Positions 11,216 through 22,020 of a DNA stretch of 64,000 nt are shown in pieces. The notes under the pieces were generated by a model, which was not told where the DNA came from, did not search any database, and saw only the letters and a program-made list of their open reading frames with translations. Origin of the DNA: a virus (taxonomy: Duplodnaviria; Caudoviricetes); the IMG/VR virus record IMGVR_UViG_3300032030_002018, one strand, 5' to 3'. The translations under genes were made by a program, and so were the position numbers. Numbering within the stretch: the first letter of the stretch is position 1; the number at the start of each line of letters is the position of its first letter.

Positions 11216-12673
11216 TTATTCCACTGAATAAACTCCGAAGTCAAAAACTCCGCTTACTTTTGTAGGGTCGAAACCGAGTTTAACAACAGAACCGTCTTTC
11301 TGCACAACAATACCGTTACCAAGTGTTGGGTAAACAGGAATTGTCTCATCGCCTTCAGCGAGTATCACATTTGTAACACCGCTGACACCAATCTCGTCAA
11401 GTTGTTCCTGAAGGTCAATCAAAGCCTCTGCTGTAACTTTCTCATTGTTGTTGACAGCAGCCTCAATCTTTGCGATAGCGTCATTGACGGTATCTGTTGG
11501 GAGAACCTTCAGTTCTTCACCTGTTCCAAGTTCAATTGGTTGGTAATCTGTAAGTTTGATTACATTACCACCCTGTTCGATATTTATCGAAACACCAGAG
11601 CCATCTTCTGCTCTTGTTATAACGCCTTCAGTATCAACATCCTGTGAAGACAATGTTACAGATGTAACAGCCTTTGAGTCAATTGCTTTCTGAATGTTGT
11701 CAACCTTAACACCGTCAAGACTTACAGTAAGTACAGGTACATCCTCTGCGCCTTCTGCAATTGAAACAGCCTCAGATGTAGCGTCAATCTTTACCTTTAC
11801 TACCTTTCCTGTGTGTCCAGGTTCTGAAACGGTCTCAAGACCGTCCTTGAATTCAGACTCTTTGAGATATTCCTCAATATCAATTGCTGTCAAAGTGTAA
11901 TTACCATCGGAAATTTGATAGATGAAACAAAGAGCGGTTTCACCAGAACCCTCTGTAACAGCAGTTGTAGGAGATTCGTGTGTCTCTGGGTCTTCATCAG
12001 TGAGGTAGTCATCAACGTGACCGATATACACCTTTTCAAGAGCTGAGTCCTTATAAATCTTGATTGTTTCACCAAGTTTTGTACCGTCAGTTGCTGTAAG
12101 CTTAAATGCTTCCTTTACATTTTCTGACTGTTCAGCATCCGTATCGTGTTCAATCTTGATGTCAGTATAGATGCCAGTTCCACTGTTAGCAAGAACGGTT
12201 TCACCATCCTGAATTGCAAGACTTACAACAGTTCCTGCTGATGTTTCCTCAACGTCGATTGAACTGTCAAGATTAACAACCTTGTTGTTCTTGATTGTGT
12301 CAATGATATCTTGGAGAACTTCCTCAACAGTTTCGCTACCGTCCTTGATTACGCCTGTCTTACCTGACAGTTCGTCCGCAATGGTGTTAAGTCTCTCGAT
12401 TATTGCTTCAATCTGTTCGTCAGTTCCATCAACGTCGATTATTGTGATGTAACTACTCCCAGAAGCACCTGAGATTTCACCCTGAATTGCTTGAATACCA
12501 AGAAGAGTCTTAATAACGGGATTTCCATCTTTGTCCTCTCCCTCATATCTGGCAAGAATAGGAGTACCGTCAGATGTTAGTGCTGCCTGAGATAGGTATG
12601 TTGTAGCCGCCTCTTTGGTAGCAAAGACCTTGGTATTTCTTAAAAGTTGTAATGATTTTATATTAGTTGCCAT
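11216..12673 (-). CDS. Tail-fibre-related protein, paralog of 8427..11129
   Basis: Shares N-terminal LQxxRN...DGxPIxARY and the YLxESEFKDGL...VKxD module; ends FDFGVY. Confidence 0.7.
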   Translation of the reverse strand: MATNIKSLQLLRNTKVFATKEAATTYLSQAALTSDGTPILARYEGEDKDGNPVIKTLLGIQAIQGEISGASGSSYITIIDVDGTDEQIEAIIERLNTIADELSGKTGVIKDGSETVEEVLQDIIDTIKNNKVVNLDSSIDVEETSAGTVVSLAIQDGETVLANSGTGIYTDIKIEHDTDAEQSENVKEAFKLTATDGTKLGETIKIYKDSALEKVYIGHVDDYLTDEDPETHESPTTAVTEGSGETALCFIYQISDGNYTLTAIDIEEYLKESEFKDGLETVSEPGHTGKVVKVKIDATSEAVSIAEGAEDVPVLTVSLDGVKVDNIQKAIDSKAVTSVTLSSQDVDTEGVITRAEDGSGVSINIEQGGNVIKLTDYQPIELGTGEELKVLPTDTVNDAIAKIEAAVNNNEKVTAEALIDLQEQLDEIGVSGVTNVILAEGDETIPVYPTLGNGIVVQKDGSVVKLGFDPTKVSGVFDFGVYSVE

Positions 12674-12698
12674 TTTTAATTAAGATTTTTCCAATTAT

Positions 12699-13580
12699 TT
12701 ATTCAATGTTAATTACAGGATATCTTGAACCATCACCGTAAGGTACAGTTTGTCCGTAATCATTCCATACATAGAACACCTGTGTGCTTGCATCCTTAGT
12801 TCCACATATGTCTGCGATATTCTCCGGTTTTTCAAGTTTCTTACCACCGACAGTGAAGTTCTTTACATTGATAGTGATTTTCTCTGGTGCGAAAAGGTTG
12901 TTTTCTTCTTCTTTCTCTACGCTTTTTGATGTGTAGTCCTCAAAGATAATCATACCAGCCCAAACTGGGTCTGTATCCCAAGCTGTACACTCACAGTCAA
13001 TGATGTTAACAGTAACACCTGTTGCATTTGTCTTGTTTGAGATTCTTATACAGTTAGAGACCGTTCCAAATTTCACATTCTTGATGTTGATAACAGCGTC
13101 ATTCTGAGTGCCGAATATCAGGATTGCGTTATTTGAGATTGCCTGTTCTGTAAGGTCAACATTGTCGATTGTAACACTCTTTGGAGCGTCAGTACCTGCA
13201 AGTCCAATCTCCAAGCAGTTATAGCCGCCGTTAGTTGATGTAACCTTGAAATTCTCAACAGTAACATCTCCACCGTTAGAGCAGTTCAAACTCATCATAG
13301 CGTTTCCGTTAATACTCTTGTTCCAAACACCAACATTGTTTACTCCCTCAACTGTGATGTTCTTGCCCTTCAATGAGAACGCTGTTGTTTCATTGTTTTC
13401 CAAAGCAACAACGAGGTCCTTAGAAAGGGTCCCGTAATTAGTCTTGTTTCCTGTTGGAACGATACCGCTGCTCTCTCCAAAAGAAACAGAAGCACCATCA
13501 AAGGAAACATTCTTGTAAGTTGTCAGGTCATACTGACCAGCGACACTACTGTCTTTGAAATTTTTTAAGTACTTGTTCAT
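12699..13580 (-). CDS. Putative beta-helix virion protein
   Basis: 293 aa; Asn-rich VxIxNV repeats; in fibre operon. Confidence 0.5.
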   Translation of the reverse strand: MNKYLKNFKDSSVAGQYDLTTYKNVSFDGASVSFGESSGIVPTGNKTNYGTLSKDLVVALENNETTAFSLKGKNITVEGVNNVGVWNKSINGNAMMSLNCSNGGDVTVENFKVTSTNGGYNCLEIGLAGTDAPKSVTIDNVDLTEQAISNNAILIFGTQNDAVINIKNVKFGTVSNCIRISNKTNATGVTVNIIDCECTAWDTDPVWAGMIIFEDYTSKSVEKEEENNLFAPEKITINVKNFTVGGKKLEKPENIADICGTKDASTQVFYVWNDYGQTVPYGDGSRYPVINIE

Positions 13581-13623
13581 AATTTTTATTATAAATTAGT
13601 CATTTATCACTTTTTATTTTTTT

Positions 13624-14385
13624 CTAACCTGTAAATCCATAATCGTCTTCACCTGTTGAACCTGTATAGCCTGTATTTGAATGTGACGCAGAATTTGGCT
13701 GATAAGTTTCGTGTGCAAGTTGTGCAATGAGGTCATTTATGTTCATCATTTCTCCCTCAATATTAAGGTATAAAACACCATCATCGCCTACCTTTACAAT
13801 AGCTTGTCCATCCTTTTTTATTTCTCCGATAATTCCTGGTTCATCACTCTCAACCATAACAAGTTCTGACTTGTCAGCCTTTTCGTTTATCACATTTGAG
13901 AATTCTTCTGTAAGTTTCTCTTGTGATATGCTTCCGTCCTTAACATCTGCTGTAACATTTGTTTCTGTTTCAGATGTTGTTTCATTGAAGTCGATTGTAT
14001 CCGTATCGTTGAACACAATATTCTCACGTATGTCGTCAAGACTGATATCGCAATACTGTCCAGTTTCTTCAGCCTCCTGTTCGTCTGCAATGAAATATAT
14101 TCTGAGGTATTTTTTTTCCTCGCCAGTATCAGGGTCAACAATGGTAACAACCTTTGCGTGGTCAATGACACTTACAGTATCAATCTCACCTACATCGTTT
14201 CCACCCTGAACGATTGTATATTTGTTTTTCTCCCTTTCCTCAACAGATACAGTCTTTCCGCTTATGTCAACGTCCTGACGTTCGTTGTCTTCTTTAACCT
14301 TGCTGATTTCAGCTTGCATTGAAGTTGGGTTGATACCATAGAACTCATATTGTTCCATATATCCATAATATTCCAAGTGTCTCAT
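13624..14385 (-). CDS. Acidic virion/fibre-associated protein
   Basis: 253-aa ORF; N-terminus (LEYYGYxE) resembles the next gene. Confidence 0.55.
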   Translation of the reverse strand: MRHLEYYGYMEQYEFYGINPTSMQAEISKVKEDNERQDVDISGKTVSVEEREKNKYTIVQGGNDVGEIDTVSVIDHAKVVTIVDPDTGEEKKYLRIYFIADEQEAEETGQYCDISLDDIRENIVFNDTDTIDFNETTSETETNVTADVKDGSISQEKLTEEFSNVINEKADKSELVMVESDEPGIIGEIKKDGQAIVKVGDDGVLYLNIEGEMMNINDLIAQLAHETYQPNSASHSNTGYTGSTGEDDYGFTG

Positions 14386-14390
14386 AATAA

Positions 14391-15995
14391 TTATAATCTA
14401 TTTTCTAAATCTTTTATCCTATTCTCAAGGGATACTATATAATTAATCAAACCAGATATTGATGCTTCTCCATACGTATCGCTAACCAATGTATGATATT
14501 CCCTGTGCAAAGCATCCAATATGCCGTTTCCAGTATCATCATATCCAGATATATCACTTCCATTAACGCCTTTCAATTCAGATATGCATCCAATCTTTGT
14601 TGAATTGTCACTTACTGTCTGTGATAATGAAGATACCCTGTTTGATATTTCAGATGTAATATTTTGCAAAGAATCTTCAGCCGCATAGGCTCTATATGAT
14701 TCAGCACTTATGCTTTGTTCCAACAATGAATCCGCTGATGCTCTAGTATTTCTTTCAGCAAGTATTTGTCCTTCAAGGTTTCGCCTTGTTGCTTCCTCCA
14801 AACTTTCAAACATCTGAACAGCGTCTTCAAGTTCAGTCTTAGTTGCGGATTCACTCTTTAATGGGTATCTTGCGTCCCCTTCTTCCTTTGTCAGATAGTC
14901 GTTCTCAATATCTTCCTTCAATGCATCTACAACGCCGCTTATTGAATCTACATCTTCTATACAGTCACTTAAATCTTCCTGAATACCTGAAATAGTATCA
15001 TTTATACCATTAACAAGACCTTCGACAACTTCTGTATCAGCCTTTTCCCCAAGTTCCTCATAAATATCATTAACCAAATGAGAAAGACTTTCAAAATCCT
15101 CGTTGTCAACTTTTTCTGACAGTTTTTCGTCTACATAATTCTTATCAGCCTTGCTTGGCAATTCCTCTATAATGTCAGAAACAGCATATCTCAAAGCGTC
15201 AATCTCCTCAGGCAAACCTTCTATCTCACTCTCAATACCGTCTATTCTCTCATTGATTGCCGTATCAGCGGAAATCCTTTCATTTGTCTCAACAGTAATC
15301 ATATCAACAAGAGCGACGTATCCTGCTTCAGTATCGGCAGACAACTCGATTACCATACCTCTAATCAAATTATCCTCTTCCTCTCTTGTGGATGCCTCAT
15401 CTGAAATCAACGATTGGAGATTATCGTCACCTTCTATTCTTGCCTCGATTTCAGCTGTTATATCACCTGCCATACCTGACACACCACTTATAATTTCTAT
15501 AAGTTCCTCAATGTCAGCCTTATCTGCCTTGTTTTCTTCAAGTAGTTCTACTCTGTGTATTAAATCTTCAATATCATATGAGAATGATTCAACTTCTCCT
15601 GACAAAGACCGTATCTTATCATTAATGCCACCATCTCCATTGATTATATCGTACAAGTCATTTATTCGGCTTGTGGTAATACTTTCAACCTGGCTTATTG
15701 CTGTTGACAATTCGCCTGATACATTCATCAGTTCTGCTTTTGTAACGAAATGCTCAATCCTTTGTCTTATTTCTGTTATGCTGGAATTTATTGAATCTAT
15801 ATCGTCAGACATATCATCAATACTCCCTGACAATATATCAAGTATATCATCTATTTCAGAGACCACTGATTCAACAATCGCTGAAACAACAGATAAATCA
15901 GCCTTTTCCGCAATTTCTGCGTCCTGTCTGTCGTCAACAGCTGTGTTTGGTCTCATTAAATTCTCTTCCCTATATCCGTAAAAATTAAGTGCCAT
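14391..15995 (-). CDS. Coiled-coil fibrous protein
   Basis: 534 aa of heptads with KAD and ExxxRxxxDxxL repeats typical of phage fibres. Confidence 0.65.
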   Translation of the reverse strand: MALNFYGYREENLMRPNTAVDDRQDAEIAEKADLSVVSAIVESVVSEIDDILDILSGSIDDMSDDIDSINSSITEIRQRIEHFVTKAELMNVSGELSTAISQVESITTSRINDLYDIINGDGGINDKIRSLSGEVESFSYDIEDLIHRVELLEENKADKADIEELIEIISGVSGMAGDITAEIEARIEGDDNLQSLISDEASTREEEDNLIRGMVIELSADTEAGYVALVDMITVETNERISADTAINERIDGIESEIEGLPEEIDALRYAVSDIIEELPSKADKNYVDEKLSEKVDNEDFESLSHLVNDIYEELGEKADTEVVEGLVNGINDTISGIQEDLSDCIEDVDSISGVVDALKEDIENDYLTKEEGDARYPLKSESATKTELEDAVQMFESLEEATRRNLEGQILAERNTRASADSLLEQSISAESYRAYAAEDSLQNITSEISNRVSSLSQTVSDNSTKIGCISELKGVNGSDISGYDDTGNGILDALHREYHTLVSDTYGEASISGLINYIVSLENRIKDLENRL

Positions 15996-16091
15996 ACGCT
16001 AAATTAATGCCATTTTTTAATATAAATATTGGCAACATTCACGTTTTAACTATTTATAACAAAATTATTTTCAATTATTTTTTAACTAAAA

Positions 16092-16337
16092 ATGAAACCG
16101 AAATTCAAGAGTGGGGATTATATAAAAAATATATATGGCAGGGCGATGGCAGTTGTGTCAAATATAGATAAAAAGGGATATTATCATTTCAAACATTTTT
16201 ACGGTGTAATGTTTGAAGATTTCAAAGATACAAACACTTTCACATTACAGGTAAATTATGATAAGTTCTATGAATTGATGGATGAAAATGAAATAAATGA
16301 ATTTAATAAAATAATACAAAAAAAAGCGGTCTTATAG
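16092..16337 (+). CDS. Hypothetical protein
   Basis: 81-aa ORF (PKFKSGDYI, SH3/KOW-like start), ending in a shared terminator. Confidence 0.6.
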   Translation: MKPKFKSGDYIKNIYGRAMAVVSNIDKKGYYHFKHFYGVMFEDFKDTNTFTLQVNYDKFYELMDENEINEFNKIIQKKAVL

Positions 16338-16351
16338 TCTAAAACCGCTTT
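16322..16351. terminator. Bidirectional terminator
   Basis: aaaagcggt...accgctttt between convergent genes. Confidence 0.7.
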
Positions 16352-16360
16352 TCTTTTTTC

Positions 16361-16591
16361 TCAATACATTTGACCAAATTGTTCTGGGTCAGCATAATAT
16401 TCTTCCTTTCCCCAATCCGGGTCAATTAAACTGTCTCTCATTGCCTCATCCTCTTCATCGTAATAATCAGAGAATTGTGACATCAAATCGTCGTATTCGT
16501 CGTCATTAAGACCATCGCCGTAAATAGCATCGTCTATTGCATTATCAACTTCCTCTTTGATAATTCTGTTTATTCTAAAATTATTCATCAT
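16361..16591 (-). CDS. Small acidic protein with loose tag (INRIIKEE)
   Basis: 76-aa ORF, translationally coupled to upstream gene. Confidence 0.6.
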   Translation of the reverse strand: MMNNFRINRIIKEEVDNAIDDAIYGDGLNDDEYDDLMSQFSDYYDEEDEAMRDSLIDPDWGKEEYYADPEQFGQMY

Positions 16592-19500
16592 ACTCTTTCA
16601 AAATCTGGCAATTTTATATAACGATATATTTTCCCATTAGCGTCCTTATAATCAACCCTGTCACCGTACAGATTGACTTCTTGACAACCTTTTGGTAAAA
16701 GAACATCTCCATACTTTGTAATTACATTGTATCCTTGTTGGTCTTTCATAACAGCTAGACCATAGTCATTAAATTTACTTTCCAAATCAAACCATACAGG
16801 ATATAGGAGTCTTCCTTTTTCTGTTATTAAATTATATAATCCGTCTTTTCTACGTATAATTTCAGGTTCACTAAAATACTCTGAATAGCCATAGTTTAAG
16901 AAAAGAAACCAATCTTTTGATGCCAGTAGACCTTCCGTATTAATCATATTAGACGAAAATGCGCCTGAATCTGAGTGTACAATAGCCCACCCATAGCAAT
17001 TAAACGCGGTATGCGCTGTAAGCCATTTATTCAAAAGTAATTTTCCATTACGAACCAATAAATACTCACTAGCATTCTTATTATTTTTAACTTCATATTC
17101 TCCGTCTCCGAAGATATAACGTTCCGTGAATGGAACAATATAATCTCCATTTCGATTCATAATGCTAAATCCACGGTTTTGAACGTTTACGACTGCTAAT
17201 CCATAATTATCTATATTCAAAATACTTCTAATCCAGTCATTATTAATTTCATTGAAATTTCTGTCTAAAACCTTCATTAGTCCGTTTTTATACCTTACGA
17301 AGCACCAACCATTTTCATATATAACCTTATGAACACCATAATTGTCTTCAATCATATAATTCCCATTTGTGTCTATGATATTAGACACACCGTTAATTGT
17401 AACCTTGGCGTATCCTTGATAAAATGGATGGGCAATATCAAATGGTTCGCTATTTAATATTCTACCATTTTCGTCAACATAATACCATTTTTTGTCCATT
17501 GCTTGAAAATTGCAGAATCCATCAGAAAACTTGCCAACTTTTATACAAAAATGCTTCAACAAAATATCTCCGTTACTATTCACTATATTTTTCAAATTTT
17601 GATTTACCCGTATTAAACAACAACCATTACCTATTTCTTGTACGTAGTTAATTTTTGAATTCATAGCCATATTGAAATCGTTGTCCAACCACAATATATC
17701 GCCTTCGAAATACTTCCCATATTCATCGTCATCACTATCATAATCATCATTGTATCCACTATAATAATTATAGGTGTATTTGAAAATATACATTTTAGAA
17801 CCGTCTTCGAATGAATACATTTCGTCCATATTGTCGTTAACAATTTTCATTCTTTCTTTAACGTCAGAAGCATTGTATATGTTATCTACCAAATCATATA
17901 TGTTGAGAATATCTGATTTGTTAAATACACTGTCAAAACTCTCACCCATAATCTTACTAATATCAGATTCTTTCAAGGCATAATCAACAGAAGCATTACT
18001 TGGATAATCGACCTGATGATTCCATCTAACGTTGCAAGTTGTCATAATACCTTTTTCATTGACGAAAAACCATACAACACTTAATCCGTAATCATCATAA
18101 GGATTATTGTCATCTATGTAATCCTCTCCATTTAGTTTATCCCAGTCATCTCTTATTAAAACATAAGATTTATTCTTTCCATTTTTATTTATATAATCGT
18201 TATACCAAGTATCCTCATATTGAGTATAACATAACGCTCCGCTTCCATTAAGTCCTGTCTTATCACCAATCTTCCATATGTACGGATTGTGGTAACTATC
18301 GCCTAAACTTATCAGTTGATAACGACTACTGTCTATATCTATATTAGTTAATTGCCCTGACGTGTCACTACAACGTTCTTTTGCAATATTACCAATAATA
18401 CTATATAATTCATTGAAAGATTTACCACTTAAATCATAATTTCCATCTATGAAATTGATGCTGAGTTTATCTTTACCATCACCAATTCCTTGAACATTAT
18501 CATATATTACACCCAACATTGACTTCAATAAACGGAGTCGCGTACTGTTTTCGTAAGACTTACCATCATCCAATAACATAGCCAAATTCAATTCTCCGTA
18601 AGCAATACGAGCTATGGCTGGCTCCAACCTTATTACAGATGAATCATCGATTTTGTTTGATAGCGTTAAGAAAAAATGTTCGTATATATACCTCTCGTAA
18701 AAATCCAACCAAGTAAGGTCTCCTTGTGTTCTGTGTAGTAATCTGCGAGCATCTCCTTGAACATACTCGCCCTCCAAATCCTCATCAGGGAATAAATTCT
18801 TAATCACAATCCTTGTATCCCTCTTTGCCGCGTGAGACTTGCTACTTTCCGTCAAAAAAAAACGTCCACTAAGTTTGTTGTTAAGTTCTAATATCCTATT
18901 TATGTCAGAATTGTATTTCGATTTTGATTCTGAAACATCACTGTATATGTTACCATCAGTGTCTATCTTATACCTTACTCCGTCTAGAATGCCAGTAGCA
19001 TAGTCATCTCTAAACCAATAAAGAATGTCAAACCATCTATCACACAGTATATTACCGTTCTTATTTAAAAAGTTATACTTACCGTCTTGTTTAACAATTG
19101 AAAAATCGTATTCTTCGTCATAAAAAGGGCTTGCATAATCATACCACTGATTAGACAAAAGAGTATTATTATCCGTAACAAAATTATACTTATCGTGCAG
19201 TTTTACTCTTGTCAACCCATCTAAAGCGTCATTAGCACTATCGAATATATGTTCCAATCCATACCCTTGCTGCAACATCATTTCAGCATCATTGAATGTA
19301 ACATACCCTCTTGAATGAAGTTCATCTTCACTATAAGGCTTGAATACACTGCTAAACGGCATTCCAACAGTTTGTGCCAACATAGTTTTCGTGAAAGCGT
19401 GGTCAGTACCTCCAACATATTCACCAGTGTTTCCGTGATTCCATCTACAATTACTCGTTGCTATACTACCATCTGGGGCAATGAAAACAAATATCATACT

Positions 19501-20211
19501 AGTGCCATAAGCGTCATAAGGATTACCCTCAGTTACTACTTCAGGTATATTCTCCCAACCGTGACGCAAACATAAGTAACACTTATTTTGGTCTTCATTT
19601 CCTTTATATCCATCCCAAACTCCTTCATCCTGTGTATAACACAATTTGCTTGAACTACAAGAGAAATCACCATAATATTGGGCAGTATTAAAGTCTTCAA
19701 CAACTATTATATCATAATCACTGTTGCCAACCTCAACATTATCAGCCGATTCAGCATCGGCGTCATCTTCAGCCTTGAATTCATTCCTTAATCTATCATA
19801 CAATTCAGTGTAAGTTGTATCGGGGTTTGATTTAATCTGTTGGAACAAAGCATCATCTTTCTTCATTCTCTGAACTATCCTTCTCAATATACCAACCTCA
19901 GTTCCATTGTCGTTCCTGCGGTCAAAACCAACCTCATTAGAATACGCCAACCTAGCGACGGGTAACAAATACTTCACATCACTGTTACCCATCAACCCAA
20001 ATGTATGCCTCAAATTGAAAAGTATGTATTCCTTCCAGGTTGTATTTGGATTTCCGTTGACATAATAATCAGAACTGCTTACAACACTATTCAAAGGCAA
20101 ATCAGAAAACTTCTCATCAATCAGTCTGTTCACTGCATTGATTCTACTGTCACCTTCTGTCAGTAGTATCTGTTCGTTGATAACTTGCCGTATGATTCTT
20201 CTTATGTTCAT
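16588..20211 (-). CDS. Two-unit protein: [tag + conserved LCYTQ domain + WG-type repeats] x2
   Basis: LCYTQ...NPYDxYGxS...CNxRWNH occurs twice, each followed by F.xG.A.V...KYNFxxxxG repeats; both units start after LTE. Confidence 0.75.
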   Translation of the reverse strand: MNIRRIIRQVINEQILLTEGDSRINAVNRLIDEKFSDLPLNSVVSSSDYYVNGNPNTTWKEYILFNLRHTFGLMGNSDVKYLLPVARLAYSNEVGFDRRNDNGTEVGILRRIVQRMKKDDALFQQIKSNPDTTYTELYDRLRNEFKAEDDADAESADNVEVGNSDYDIIVVEDFNTAQYYGDFSCSSSKLCYTQDEGVWDGYKGNEDQNKCYLCLRHGWENIPEVVTEGNPYDAYGTSMIFVFIAPDGSIATSNCRWNHGNTGEYVGGTDHAFTKTMLAQTVGMPFSSVFKPYSEDELHSRGYVTFNDAEMMLQQGYGLEHIFDSANDALDGLTRVKLHDKYNFVTDNNTLLSNQWYDYASPFYDEEYDFSIVKQDGKYNFLNKNGNILCDRWFDILYWFRDDYATGILDGVRYKIDTDGNIYSDVSESKSKYNSDINRILELNNKLSGRFFLTESSKSHAAKRDTRIVIKNLFPDEDLEGEYVQGDARRLLHRTQGDLTWLDFYERYIYEHFFLTLSNKIDDSSVIRLEPAIARIAYGELNLAMLLDDGKSYENSTRLRLLKSMLGVIYDNVQGIGDGKDKLSINFIDGNYDLSGKSFNELYSIIGNIAKERCSDTSGQLTNIDIDSSRYQLISLGDSYHNPYIWKIGDKTGLNGSGALCYTQYEDTWYNDYINKNGKNKSYVLIRDDWDKLNGEDYIDDNNPYDDYGLSVVWFFVNEKGIMTTCNVRWNHQVDYPSNASVDYALKESDISKIMGESFDSVFNKSDILNIYDLVDNIYNASDVKERMKIVNDNMDEMYSFEDGSKMYIFKYTYNYYSGYNDDYDSDDDEYGKYFEGDILWLDNDFNMAMNSKINYVQEIGNGCCLIRVNQNLKNIVNSNGDILLKHFCIKVGKFSDGFCNFQAMDKKWYYVDENGRILNSEPFDIAHPFYQGYAKVTINGVSNIIDTNGNYMIEDNYGVHKVIYENGWCFVRYKNGLMKVLDRNFNEINNDWIRSILNIDNYGLAVVNVQNRGFSIMNRNGDYIVPFTERYIFGDGEYEVKNNKNASEYLLVRNGKLLLNKWLTAHTAFNCYGWAIVHSDSGAFSSNMINTEGLLASKDWFLFLNYGYSEYFSEPEIIRRKDGLYNLITEKGRLLYPVWFDLESKFNDYGLAVMKDQQGYNVITKYGDVLLPKGCQEVNLYGDRVDYKDANGKIYRYIKLPDFERV

Positions 20212-20367
20212 TTTTTCGTTAAGATGTATTTACCAAATAAATATCGTTAAAAACAAAAAAAGTGTCTAGAAAAAAAATTGGATACTTTTAATATAATATA
20301 AAGGAACTACCTTCTTCTATGTAATGGTATTGAATCTGCTTGTTTAATATATTGTCAACATCTTTTT

Positions 20368-21927
20368 TTAAAGAGGGCGATTATGTAATTCATTACCATT
20401 TTTATCAATGTAAAAATATTTCATTCTTCCATTCTTATCTTTTAAACCAACTATAGCATAACCATTTTCAAAATTACGCACAGCATCATACCAACGATTA
20501 CATAATTCATTACCATTTTCATCAATTAAATTATATTTATAATTTCTATCTTCACCCCTTAAAGCAACTCTAGCATAACCATCATAAAAATCAGCAATCC
20601 AATCATACCAACGATTACATAATTCATTACCATTTTCATCTATGAAATTACATTTATAATTTCCATTCTCATCTTTTAAAGCAACGATAGCATAACCATT
20701 ACTAAAATTAAACGAACCATCGTACCAACGATGGCATAATTCATTACCACTCCTATCTACGAAATTCCATTTTGTATTCCCACTCTCATCAATTAAACAA
20801 ACCCTAGCATAACCATTTTCAAAATCATAAAACGCATCATACCAACGATGACATAACAAACGATTCTCTTTAAAACTAAATAAATTAGATTTACCATTCA
20901 AATAAACGCGAGACAAACCATTTTTCCCCTTTTCAATATAATCAAATATATTACCAGGAGAATAACCACGCTCCAATAAACCATCAACAGCATCAAATCT
21001 AATATAACCCATCAACAATAGCTCATTTTCACTATACGGCTTGAACACACTATTAAACGGTACGCCAACAGTTCTTGCTAACAAAGACTTAGTGAACGCG
21101 TTGTCAACACCACCAATATATTTACCAGTGTTTTTGTGATTCCAACGGCAATTACTGGTAGAGATATTTCCCTCAGGATTAATGAACACAAATATCATAC
21201 TAGTACCATATTCATCATATGGATTACCTTCAGTGGCTACCTCAGGGATATCCTCCCAACCACGACGCAAACATAAGTAACATCTATTCTCGCCTTTCTC
21301 ACCTTTATAATCCCCCCAAGTACGGTCACTTTGCGTATAGCATAGTTTGCTACTACTACAAGAATAGTTACCATAATAATGTGCCGTCTCATAATCTCTA
21401 ACTTCGATGATGTCATAGTCAGAATTGGAAGGGTCAACGCTATTGGCTTGTTCATCATCAGCATCATCCTCCTTCTTGAATTCATCTTTGAACATAACAT
21501 ACAAGTCACTGTATGTTATGTTTTTGTCTGCTTTCACTTTTTGGAAGAGATTATCATCTTGTTTTAGTTTTTGCAGTATTCGTCTGAGTCTTTCAATTTC
21601 CACACCGTTATCGTTGCTTCTGTCGAATCTCACTTCGTTTGAGTATGCGAGTCTTGCAGCTAATGGAAGGTATTTCATCGATTGATTATCCATCAATCCG
21701 AATGTATGCCTTAGGTTGAAAAGTAGATATTCTTTCCAAGTTGTATTTGGATTTCCGTTTACGTAGTGTTCTGGACTGGATACAGTATCATCCAATGGTA
21801 AGTCTTTAAACTTATCTTCGATGATTCTGTATACAGCATTGATTCTACTGTCGCCTTCTGTCAGTAGTATCTGTTCGTTGATAACTTGTCTAATAATCCT
21901 ATCTATATATGTTTGCTCAAAACGCAT
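20368..21927 (-). CDS. Paralog of unit 1 of 16588..20211, with WG-type repeats
   Basis: ATG 21927 (MRFEQ) preferred; IIRQVINEQILLTEGDSRINAV identical; 53-bp DNA match with one mismatch (20135-20187 / 21836-21888). Confidence 0.8.
   Translation of the reverse strand: MRFEQTYIDRIIRQVINEQILLTEGDSRINAVYRIIEDKFKDLPLDDTVSSPEHYVNGNPNTTWKEYLLFNLRHTFGLMDNQSMKYLPLAARLAYSNEVRFDRSNDNGVEIERLRRILQKLKQDDNLFQKVKADKNITYSDLYVMFKDEFKKEDDADDEQANSVDPSNSDYDIIEVRDYETAHYYGNYSCSSSKLCYTQSDRTWGDYKGEKGENRCYLCLRRGWEDIPEVATEGNPYDEYGTSMIFVFINPEGNISTSNCRWNHKNTGKYIGGVDNAFTKSLLARTVGVPFNSVFKPYSENELLLMGYIRFDAVDGLLERGYSPGNIFDYIEKGKNGLSRVYLNGKSNLFSFKENRLLCHRWYDAFYDFENGYARVCLIDESGNTKWNFVDRSGNELCHRWYDGSFNFSNGYAIVALKDENGNYKCNFIDENGNELCNRWYDWIADFYDGYARVALRGEDRNYKYNLIDENGNELCNRWYDAVRNFENGYAIVGLKDKNGRMKYFYIDKNGNELHNRPL
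20385..20860. repeat. 117-bp (39-aa) tandem WG-type repeats, about 4 copies
   Basis: ELCxRWYD...FxxGYAxVxL...NxIDxxGN; ccaacgattacataattcattaccattttcatc at 20491 and 20608. Confidence 0.85.
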
Positions 21928-22020
21928 AATATTAATAAAACATTTTTTATAAATATTAAAAATAGGCAAAAACGCATAAAAAAATGAAGTGAAAAATCAA
22001 TTTCCACTTCATTATACAAT

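Noticed and set aside
15151-15981. Long antisense ORFs (also 36439..37104, 43511..44089, 49857..50330 and others)
   Set aside because: These are shadows of codon bias on well-supported opposite-strand genes, with no motifs or expression signals.
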